This document shows positions 1-7,981 of a DNA stretch of 27,436 bases, piece after piece. The DNA is from an uncultured Halanaerobiaceae bacterium (GTDB lineage: Bacteria > Bacillota > Halanaerobiia > Halanaerobiales > DATFIM01). Within the stretch, counting starts at the first letter, position 1. Each line of letters starts with the position of its first letter. Location: the NCBI GenBank assembly GCA_964609745.1, contig CAZSTU010000002.1:1-27436 (forward strand), written 5' to 3'. The notes under the pieces are model-generated. The model ran no database searches. It had not been told where the DNA came from and worked only from the letters and a program-made list of their open reading frames with translations. A program made the position numbers and the translations under genes.

Positions 1-18
1 TGATTTATAATCATTCAT
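1..18 (-). CDS. 5' end of a gene running off the left edge (MNDYKS...), product unknown
   Basis: ATG at 18 preceded by SD-like AAAGGTGGAG at normal spacing; only 6 codons visible. Confidence 0.5.
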
Positions 19-61
19 GCTAACTCCACCTTTTATTCTAAGTTTAAATATAAATGGTCAT

Positions 62-157
62 ACTGCGAAAAGTCTAAACTCCAATTATTTTAAATTAAGA
101 CTGCCGACATAATAATAATCATAAAACTTATATTTCCTAAAATCTACTTTTCGCAGT
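62..157. repeat. 12-bp perfect inverted repeat flanking 72 bp (possible MITE or collapsed IS remnant)
   Basis: ACTGCGAAAAGT at 62-73 and ACTTTTCGCAGT at 146-157. Confidence 0.55.
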
Positions 158-303
158 GCAATCATCCAAATGTTGATATAAGAAAAAAGGACTTTTCCCA
201 TTGCCTGTCTAAATTAACAATAAATATAATTCATTACTTAATCTAAGCCTACCTTATTTCACTCAAAATTACCCTCGCCTGACTGTAGACCCTCCAACTT
301 ATC

Positions 304-1563
304 TCATATGGCACCTTCTGGTTTTTCTACCCTTCCAGAATCATAAAGAGGGTCATCTGTCTCTTTCATCCATATATTCAATCTCTCAATAAGTTGCTGC
401 TTAATTTTACAATATCCACTATCCTTTGCCAGGTTTACCCTTTCAACTGGATCATGATATAGGTCAAAAAGCATCTCTCTTTCTCTACACTGATTTTGCA
501 GACCATATTCTATCAAAAATCTTTTACTGGGACCGTCATCAATATTAGCCATTACTACCTGACTGTGATAATCATAAAATCTTATAAACTTATACCTTTC
601 AGTTCTAATACATCTCAATGGTTCATAAGCAGCATGATAATTAACTTCAGAAAAGATTTCATCTCTTATTTTTTCTGACTTTCCCTCTAAAATTGGAAGC
701 ATTGTTGTCCCCTGCAGCCAGTCAGGTTTTTCTAGATTAAGTAGATCACAGATGGTTGGATAAAGATCAACGTGGGTTACAAGGCTATCGACCGCCTCGC
801 CTACTTTCTTATTACCCGGATATTTAATAACTAAAGAAATACCAATTCCAGTATCATAAAGATTACATTTCATTTTTGGAAAAGCAATACCATGGTCTGT
901 AGTAAAAATAACAAAAGTTTCATCTTCCAGGCCAGACTCTTTTAATGCCTCAATAACTTTCCCTACACAATCATCCATCATTTTAGCTGATGCCATGAAT
1001 GCAGCCATGTCTTCCCTGTTTTCTTTAGTATCTGTCAGGGGATGTGGTGGAATAACATAGCTAGGATCTATATCTGACTCTGGAAACTCACGATGGGTAT
1101 TTAACATACCAAAGGAAAGAAAAAAATTCTTCTCCTGCTTTTTTCCTGCTTCTCTAAGATATTGTGCAACCCTCCCGGCATTAGCCAGGTCTTTCTTATG
1201 TCCTCCCTCAACATCCTGAGTAATTATCCGATCATATCCAATCATTTTTTCATCTGGAGCCACATGCTGAATACCACAAAGAATTGTTTCGTAATCATGC
1301 CTCTTTAAGTGATTAACTATATGCTGATCATAATTATTTAACTCAAAACCCCGGTGAGCCAATCCAAGCATCCCGGCTGAATGAGGAGCCATACCTGTGA
1401 GCAGAGCAGCCCTACTAGGAGAACATGTCGGCCCTGCACAATAGGCATTTCTAAAAAGAGTACCTTCTTTAGCTAATTGCATTAAATTCGGAGTAGGAAT
1501 ATTATAACCATATGGCTTTATATACCTACCAGTATCATGAGTATGGATATATAAGATATTCAT
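304..1563 (-). CDS. Cys-type (S1) sulfatase, N-sulfoglucosamine sulfohydrolase-like
   Basis: CSPSRAALLTG formylglycine motif, N-terminal HTHD and TTDHG metal ligands. ATG 1563 (SD AAAGGATGTG) preferred over GTG 1575. Confidence 0.92.
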   Translation of the reverse strand: MNILYIHTHDTGRYIKPYGYNIPTPNLMQLAKEGTLFRNAYCAGPTCSPSRAALLTGMAPHSAGMLGLAHRGFELNNYDQHIVNHLKRHDYETILCGIQHVAPDEKMIGYDRIITQDVEGGHKKDLANAGRVAQYLREAGKKQEKNFFLSFGMLNTHREFPESDIDPSYVIPPHPLTDTKENREDMAAFMASAKMMDDCVGKVIEALKESGLEDETFVIFTTDHGIAFPKMKCNLYDTGIGISLVIKYPGNKKVGEAVDSLVTHVDLYPTICDLLNLEKPDWLQGTTMLPILEGKSEKIRDEIFSEVNYHAAYEPLRCIRTERYKFIRFYDYHSQVVMANIDDGPSKRFLIEYGLQNQCREREMLFDLYHDPVERVNLAKDSGYCKIKQQLIERLNIWMKETDDPLYDSGRVEKPEGAI

Positions 1564-1666
1564 TATATTTATCACATCCTTTTAAAGTTTTTTATCTTAA
1601 ATATCTTTGAAAATATTATAATTATTTCTTTAATAATTTTTATCAGAATAATCCCAATAATTCAAG

Positions 1667-3739
1667 TTATAATATAAGCCATTCGTTAATACGATATCTT
1701 ATCATATCTATATTTCCTATTCTTTCAAACCTATAGGAATCTTCGTTATCAAATATCAGTTTTAATTTGTTATACTTCCCATCATAAAAATCGTAACTAG
1801 TACCATCATCTTCATATAAAGTAAACTCACTGGATTTATCTCCATAACATCTAACAGTTATATCAAAACAAACATCCTTAGAGATTGACTGAAGTGGTTT
1901 AGCCAGGGGTAAAAGAGAATTTTCCTTTATAAACAAAGGAATTCTATCTAAATTACATTTAATTTCATAGGTATTTCTTCCAGTATATATTTTATTTTCC
2001 CAAAAACAATACCAATTACCTTCAGGTAAATAGACTTTTCTTTTATTGACACCTGCAAGCATCGGCGCAACTAATACTGTTTCTCCCATCATATACTCAT
2101 CTTCTATATCATAAGTATTCACATCTTCAGGATAATCCATAACCAATGCTCTAAATGGAGGCACCCCTTCTCTATAATAGTTGACAAAGCTTGAATAAAG
2201 GTAAGGAACAAAGCTCATTCTCAATTCGAAAAATTTTCGACAAAGTGCCTGTACTTCCTGCCAGTTTTCAGCAGACTCATTATTTAAATTCTTATGATAA
2301 TCATATTGAAACCAGGGAGGATGGGGAATCATCCAGGCATTAATACAAGCCTGGGCCGAAAAAATAACAGTCTGAATTCTTCTTGCAAGTTCTTCAACCG
2401 ATTGACACTGTCTAACTTCAGGAGTCCATAAAAGACCACTAAAACCAGAATTTATTAGCCCTCTAATAAAATCTTGATGCTCATATAAATCACTATATAA
2501 AACAAATGGTAATGAGGATGCTAAGGCATGAGAAGCCCTTACCTGCCCATATGTTCTTTTCTTCCTTTTTTCTACTGCTTTTAAGATAGACTTCTGGTAA
2601 AATATACCCAGCATGCTATGCATTTGCTCACCATCTAGACCGGAAGGAAAAGCAGATGAATTTGGAAAGGACCAGTCCCCTGTATAATCCGAACTATCAC
2701 ATTCATCAAGTTTAAAACCATCAATTCCTCTATCCATTAAATTAGTTTTATGAAATTCTGCAAAACTATCTGATGCATCCACCAGACTCAAATCTGGGAC
2801 AAGACCATTCCAGACTTCATAATCCCCCGAATATGGCTTTAACTTTTGGTATAGCGGTGAAGAAGGATGAATAAATACGTGTTCCCATAAATTAATATTA
2901 TAGTTCATTTCTTTTAATTCCTGAATCATTTTGTCAGGATCCGGAAATCTTTCTTTGTCCCATGTGTAAGAACATGAATAGGAGTGGCTTTGCCATCCAG
3001 GTTCTATCCCTATAATATCACAGGGTATCTTATTATCCCTGAAATTCTTAGCAAGATCCAAAACTTCAGACATATCAGCCCTACCATAAGTTCTATATAA
3101 GATTCCAAGACCCCAGAGAGGTGGCAAACATCCTCCTCCTGAAAAAAGATTATACCTTTGAACTGCCGTTTTCATATCAGGACCTTCAAAAACATAGATC
3201 TGAATACCTTTTGCGTAAGGAACCTCAATAAGAATACTTTTCTCCTCACTAATAGAGTCTGTTTTATATAAATCATCTGTATTATTGGCAATTTCCTTTT
3301 TGCTAACTTCATTTAGATCTCTTCCCTGCTTTAGTTTTGTACTACTCCCACAATAAAATGATAAATAACGAGCAGTATCAATAAGAACACCATATCCTCT
3401 GGTACTTACATAAAAAGGGACAGGTGCATGAGTATCTCCGGTATTAGCAACAGGATCAGCATTAGTTCTTAAATGTTTTTTAGTCCCTGTATGATTAACT
3501 TTCTTTAATTGTAGTCCAAACCCATAAATTTTTTCATCTGCTTTCAATGGAATCTCTATAACACAGCCTCTAGCAGTAATCTTGCATTGAATATCATCAT
3601 CCAGTAAAGGTGTTTTTCCCTCTGTAGAAATATTTTTTAATGCATCCTCTCTTGGCATAGTTTTAGCTAAAGATAAAGGGGTATACTTTTCTGGTTCTCC
3701 AAAACTTTTTTTCCACACTCCATTATAAATGTAATCCAT
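1667..3739 (-). CDS. GH31 glycoside hydrolase (690 aa), specificity unknown
   Basis: IYGFGLQ, IPCDIIGIEPGW, GFKLDECD (nucleophile region), LPLFIK-like and LYEDDG C-terminal motifs; SD GAGGAG. Confidence 0.9.
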   Translation of the reverse strand: MDYIYNGVWKKSFGEPEKYTPLSLAKTMPREDALKNISTEGKTPLLDDDIQCKITARGCVIEIPLKADEKIYGFGLQLKKVNHTGTKKHLRTNADPVANTGDTHAPVPFYVSTRGYGVLIDTARYLSFYCGSSTKLKQGRDLNEVSKKEIANNTDDLYKTDSISEEKSILIEVPYAKGIQIYVFEGPDMKTAVQRYNLFSGGGCLPPLWGLGILYRTYGRADMSEVLDLAKNFRDNKIPCDIIGIEPGWQSHSYSCSYTWDKERFPDPDKMIQELKEMNYNINLWEHVFIHPSSPLYQKLKPYSGDYEVWNGLVPDLSLVDASDSFAEFHKTNLMDRGIDGFKLDECDSSDYTGDWSFPNSSAFPSGLDGEQMHSMLGIFYQKSILKAVEKRKKRTYGQVRASHALASSLPFVLYSDLYEHQDFIRGLINSGFSGLLWTPEVRQCQSVEELARRIQTVIFSAQACINAWMIPHPPWFQYDYHKNLNNESAENWQEVQALCRKFFELRMSFVPYLYSSFVNYYREGVPPFRALVMDYPEDVNTYDIEDEYMMGETVLVAPMLAGVNKRKVYLPEGNWYCFWENKIYTGRNTYEIKCNLDRIPLFIKENSLLPLAKPLQSISKDVCFDITVRCYGDKSSEFTLYEDDGTSYDFYDGKYNKLKLIFDNEDSYRFERIGNIDMIRYRINEWLIL

Positions 3740-3744
3740 TTAAT

Positions 3745-4379
3745 TACTCCTCTCAAAATAAAATATAAGCAAGTTTTTAAGTTTAACAGCATCTTTTTCA
3801 TTAGTAATATCAGAATCAAATTCAATTTGCATTGGAGCTGTATGATTGAACTGATACAATAACAACTGACATGGCACTATCTGCACCAACTTCTCTAAAT
3901 CCAGCATGACGATTTGCACCATGGGATATTGGCTCACCAGCTTTCCTACCATTTGGAGTAGCTCCATCTACCCCTAGAATTGTATTTACAACATTTTTAA
4001 GATATTTTACGAATTTATCCCATAATTCTGTCGTACTAGGATTGGTGTCGTCATCACTCATCATATCCTACCAGGCCTTTTCAAATACTGTTCCAAAACT
4101 TATTATTACACAATCCAAGAGGATATACTCTCGATCGGGAATGCTAGACAAATAACAACCAGCATAGGCACGCTGACACTCCAATTCAATAGTCATGTCT
4201 CTGTTCTTTGCAAAGCCTTCTACAGTATTATCAATCTTTAAAAACTTAAAATAGCCAGACTTATCTTCAAATAATATTTCTACTCCTCGTTTTAACAAAT
4301 CAGAATCAACATCTTTAACAACACAAACACCTATATTGTTAGGTATATTTAATGTATGAGCAGCTTCAAGAATAAAGTA
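3745..4379 (-). pseudogene. Glycyl-radical enzyme (PFL-like family) remnant with internal deletion, stop and frameshift
   Basis: One frame reads YFILEAAHTLNIPNNIG..LLKRGVEILF..RAYAGCYLSSIPDREY..VFEKAW*DMMS..ELWDKFVKYL..GATPNGRKAGEPISHGAN (TAG at 4068-4070), then frameshifts to APMQIEFD. GATPxGRxAGEP is a GRE motif. The C-terminal RVxG glycyl motif is absent. Confidence 0.8.
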
Positions 4380-4760
4380 GTTTTCCTTTTATTGGCCCAG
4401 TTCAAAAACTTAATAGCTTCAACCTTGTTTTCTGATCCTTTTGGAACAGATATAAAGTTCCAGGCAGCAAAATCACTTACCCATGGCTTTTCTGCGAATA
4501 TAATACTTTCCCATTCTGCTCCAGGTAGAGATTCTGCTAATATCTGCCTGTGTTCTGCTCTCACATGTCCACCAGCATATTGCCAGGTACCTGTAAGAAC
4601 ATAGCTTTCAAGATCATTTATAGCCAAAATATCAGTATTCATCAGACCATCTTGATACCATTTTCTAAATCTCTCCAACCACTCCATAATAAGAGGATCC
4701 CTTGTTTCAAAGAAGTTTTTGTATTCAACCTCAAAGTTTGTATTATACGATACTGTGTGT
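4375..4760 (-). pseudogene. Internal fragment of a second LplA-type ABC solute-binding protein
   Basis: WLERFRKWYQDGLMNTDILAINDL and SENKVEAIKFLNWANK align directly to WLKRMRRWYQDGLIHSDILAIDDL and GENKVEAMQFLNWANK in the intact SBP at 18920-20461; no N- or C-terminus. Confidence 0.85.
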
Positions 4761-4784
4761 CATAGTTCCCAATAGGTGTTATTT

Positions 4785-5285
4785 CATCAGCAGATAACTT
4801 CTTATGTTATCAAGAATCGATTGATTAGACACCCCGGTAAATTATTATGTTTTTAATTATCTAGATGCTTTAGGTCGTAAAGTACTAAATCAACAAATGG
4901 CATAAGCTGTTTTAGTTTATTCCAGGAAATACAGCCTGAAGTATCTAAAGCAGTATGAATTTGATTTTCTTTACAGGACTTAAGCAGAGCCAGGTAAAAT
5001 TTAAATTCTTTGTAGGTTCACCCCCCGATAATGTAACTCCCCTCCTGATTTTTTGTAAAAAAGAGCATCTTGTAAAACTTCATTCATCACTTCTTCAACA
5101 GTATATTCACTCCCCGGTAAAACCAGGGCACTTGCCGGACATTCTTCTACACACAACCAGCATTTTTCATAAATTTAAGAATCAAATATTTTGCCTTCCT
5201 TTGGTTCACTTTGCAAAGCACCACTGGGACAAATTTCAAGACAACTTATTGATAGGTCAGAATTAAACCCGGGTATTATTGGATT
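4785..5285 (-). pseudogene. Glycyl-radical enzyme activating enzyme (radical SAM with ferredoxin insert) remnant
   Basis: [51 protein letters not shown] / HTALDTSG..FVDLVLYDLKHLDN* / TGVSNQSILDNI. Stops at 5175-5177 and 4853-4855, two frameshifts, CxxxCxxC missing. Not in the ORF track. Confidence 0.88.
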
Positions 5286-5434
5286 TAAATCTTATTCATT
5301 TTATACTCGTCTACAATATATTAATTTCTATAAATTTAATGCCAATACAGCTTTCTCACCTAAAAATCGTACTCTCATATCCATATAATCCATGAGCCCT
5401 ATAACCTTACTACTACTGTATCGATATTATCTCA

Positions 5435-7102
5435 TTATGTCCTTACCCAAATCGGACTACCCCACGCAGTTTCACCATCTTTTAGAACAATTCTTGGATA
5501 GTAATAGTCTGTTCCATTTTGAGATACTTCATTATCTACCCATTCCCATTGTTGGGTAGCACTACGACCGGGTTTTATGGCCACTTCTTTACCATTTTTG
5601 ATAATGACCATCTCATGAATCTGTTCAGGTGCATCAACCTGTAATTGAATTACCCTGTGTTTATTTTGTGGAATACATATATCAGAGCCCATTGGAAACT
5701 GATTTAATGAATACTTAAGCATAATCCTTGCACCAGTGGTGGCATAACAATACTTTTCATTAAGTGCATCAAAAACTGACTCACGACTTAAGTCACTTGC
5801 CCAAACACAAGCCATTCCAGCTCCAATCGGATTGAAAAATGTGCAACCATCACCAGGAGCACCACAATGTTCATCTGTAGATCCAATAAAACCCATTTTC
5901 AATCCACGATTTAGTGCTACGTTGACAAAATTATGTGGATTAACATCACTTTCCCTGCACTGAAGAGGATTGCCATAATACTCCCCGGAGCCCCAGTGGG
6001 AATATATCTCTACAAGTGGACTTAAGCTTTCATCAAACTCATCCCAGACATCCGTATAACAAATTGTTGGTACCTGATGAGGAAAAAACATTAATTTATC
6101 TTTCCGCTCTTTTAAACGGCGTTTAATCTCCTTAATTCCTAAGTTTTCCCAGGGAGGATACTCAGGAGCCTCTTCCCTAAAGTACAGATTCCAGTGGCCT
6201 GCTGTTTTTGTAACAAGTTCACAGCCAACCAGTGTAGCAAAGTCCGGAGATGACCACTTTTGTGCTGTCGCTATACGATATTGCCAGTCCTCTTTTGTAA
6301 GGCCTTTCTTCTCGTCTCTATGGTGATCGGTTAAACAAAAGAAATCAAGTCTTGATGCGTATTTTGCATAACGGTGATAATCCTCGGGGTCCTTTATTCC
6401 ACAATTCAATCCACTATCCTGACGTAGAAACTCTCGCTCTCCAGACTTATATGTTTCTTCAAGTCTTCCGCTGTGGCAATGCATATCACCAAAGTACAGT
6501 TTGCGTTTGCCCCATGAAAACCTGCGTTTTTCTGCCTGTACAGCCTTTATACCGTCTTCTAAATATATCCCCTGGCCTCTTTCCAAGCGATTGCATTCAT
6601 CAATTCGAACCCAGCGATCTGAAATGGGTGCCCGTTCGATCCATGTATAATTCTTTTTTCGATTATGTATTGAAAGTCTTATTGGCTTGCCAAGCTCAAT
6701 ATGTTGGTTGGGTGTAAGGTATAAATAGCCAAAGCCACATACTACCATTTCCGGAGAGGTAACCTTTCGCTTAACCTCAAAATAGAATCTTGCAGAATCC
6801 TGCTGCCATAATGTGGAATACTTAACACATTGGAAATCTAATATAGGCCTATTATTCACATGCAAAACGAACTCCCCGGATGGCATGTATCCATAAGCCC
6901 CTTGTCCCATTCCCATTGCCATGGGCACCACTACAAGAACTCCACCCTCTGAATCAAATGCTTTCGTTGGAGTGGTTTCCCATTCCACATACTCTTCCTC
7001 ATGTTGACGAACAGTCCAGCCATTTATCGCATTCACAGCTGAAAATAATTTTTTATGAATTGTTTTTTGTGATTCATCGATATCTGGCCCAATATGTCCC
7101 AA
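5435..7102 (-). CDS. DUF3604 / PHP-like (CehA/McbA-type) metallohydrolase with an ~190 aa unassigned N-terminal region
   Basis: LYFGDMHCHS, LDFFCLTDH, FPH, GFIGSTDEH..PG, SVFDALNEKYCYATTG motifs. Start uncertain; frame is open upstream past ATT at 7135. Confidence 0.8.
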   Translation of the reverse strand: MGHIGPDIDESQKTIHKKLFSAVNAINGWTVRQHEEEYVEWETTPTKAFDSEGGVLVVVPMAMGMGQGAYGYMPSGEFVLHVNNRPILDFQCVKYSTLWQQDSARFYFEVKRKVTSPEMVVCGFGYLYLTPNQHIELGKPIRLSIHNRKKNYTWIERAPISDRWVRIDECNRLERGQGIYLEDGIKAVQAEKRRFSWGKRKLYFGDMHCHSGRLEETYKSGEREFLRQDSGLNCGIKDPEDYHRYAKYASRLDFFCLTDHHRDEKKGLTKEDWQYRIATAQKWSSPDFATLVGCELVTKTAGHWNLYFREEAPEYPPWENLGIKEIKRRLKERKDKLMFFPHQVPTICYTDVWDEFDESLSPLVEIYSHWGSGEYYGNPLQCRESDVNPHNFVNVALNRGLKMGFIGSTDEHCGAPGDGCTFFNPIGAGMACVWASDLSRESVFDALNEKYCYATTGARIMLKYSLNQFPMGSDICIPQNKHRVIQLQVDAPEQIHEMVIIKNGKEVAIKPGRSATQQWEWVDNEVSQNGTDYYYPRIVLKDGETAWGSPIWVRT

Positions 7103-7509
7103 TATACGTTCAAACCCTTCTGTTATTTTAAAAATTTCATTCCCTCCTTCGTAATCAATTATTAATTATTTTTTGGTTTCTGGACAATAGTCTAAATAAG
7201 TTATAAGGTTCCATCTCCTGTATTATCAAGAGAGAAATCTCCGTAAAATTTAAACCTCCTTTCTGATCCTCTTTGTGTTATACTAACAAAAATAATCTCT
7301 TTGTTATTATCTATTAATTCAACTTCATCTATATATATCTAATTATGATTCTAAAGAAACTGCTGCAATAATTATAAAGTCCTTTTTTATATCTATACAT
7401 TTAACATTCAAAGAATCCCCGCTTTTATAATTTGTATTTTTCCTCTTTATAGATATTTATCAAGTTCTGAAAATATCTTTAATTATGTTTTAAATAATCA
7501 TGTCACATT

Positions 7510-7544
7510 AAAAAAGACTTTCCCCATTTTAAAAAATGGGGAAA
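7510..7544 (-). terminator. Rho-independent terminator-like hairpin
   Basis: TTTCCCCATTT / AAATGGGGAAA perfect stem (7519-7544), followed on the minus strand by GTC and six T. Confidence 0.7.
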
Positions 7545-7550
7545 CTCCTT

Positions 7551-7840
7551 ATCTTTTATTCTTGAATGAAGTAAACAAAAAAGCATCTTGAAATTAATCT
7601 TTCTCCTAAGCAACTTTACCAGATTAACATAATTATATATATAACAAAAACCAAGAGTAAAGTCCTCAAACCAAGAATAAAGTCCTCATTTTATAAACCA
7701 TGTCCAAAATCAGCTTTTAACAGATAGTACTGATTTTAATAACACAGTATTCTTATCCGTTTATTCTTCTCATTAATACAATAATAACAAGCTAATTATT
7801 AGATGTTAGCCTTTCTTTTTAATACTTTTAATAACTCTTT
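7551..7840. repeat. 290-bp direct-repeat copy of 22465-22753 (ABC operon promoter region)
   Basis: Base-by-base match; the only difference seen is T5 versus T4 in one homopolymer. Confidence 0.97.
7632..7687 (-). promoter_or_regulatory. Duplicated activator-dependent promoter: TATAAT plus two tandem 20-bp repeats
   Basis: Minus strand GAGGACTTTATTCTTGGTTT-GAGGACTTTACTCTTGGTTT (7648-7687), -10 TATAAT at 7632-7637. Confidence 0.65.
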
Positions 7841-7899
7841 ATTTAAATTCTTATGATAATCATATTGAAACCAGGGAGGATGGGAAATCATCCAGGCAT
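7840..7899. repeat. 60-bp copy of GH31 coding sequence 2281-2340
   Basis: 59/60 identical, same orientation; encodes AWMI(S/P)HPPWFQYDYHKNLN. Confidence 0.95.
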
Positions 7900-7981
7900 A
7901 GACAGTATTTTTAGAAATATTATGTCGTCTTGCTACAAAAGATGTATTATATATTTCGCGACATTCATTTACTATTTTTTC
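7892..7981 (-). mobile_element. IS3-family-like transposase OrfA HTH sliver
   Basis: Reads EKIVNECREIYNTSFVARRHNISKNTVYAW right after the AraC stop; matches the recalled HTH_Tnp_1 pattern (xxVARRHxISxxTVYxW). No IS ends or DDE domain. Confidence 0.68.

Noticed and set aside
201-230. Plus-strand TTGCCT-18-TATAAT antisense to the sulfatase
   Set aside because: Imperfect -35 and 18-bp spacer in very AT-rich DNA; likely chance.
3740-4687. Track ORFs 3740-3967, 3822-4064, 4068-4298 and 4349-4687 as independent small proteins
   Set aside because: They are pieces of the GRE and SBP pseudogenes.
5300-5393. Short ORF MDYMDMRVRFLGEKAVLALNL* after the DUF3604 gene
   Set aside because: Weak SD, early stop, no recognisable family; may be another sliver but cannot be supported.
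7648-7687. 20-bp tandem repeats as a CRISPR or iteron array
   Set aside because: Only two units, no spacers, no cas or rep gene; position at -35 fits an operator.
7706-7737. AAAATCAG/CTGATTTT inverted repeat inside the 290-bp duplication
   Set aside because: AT-rich 8-bp arms with a 16-nt gap; no function can be assigned from sequence alone.
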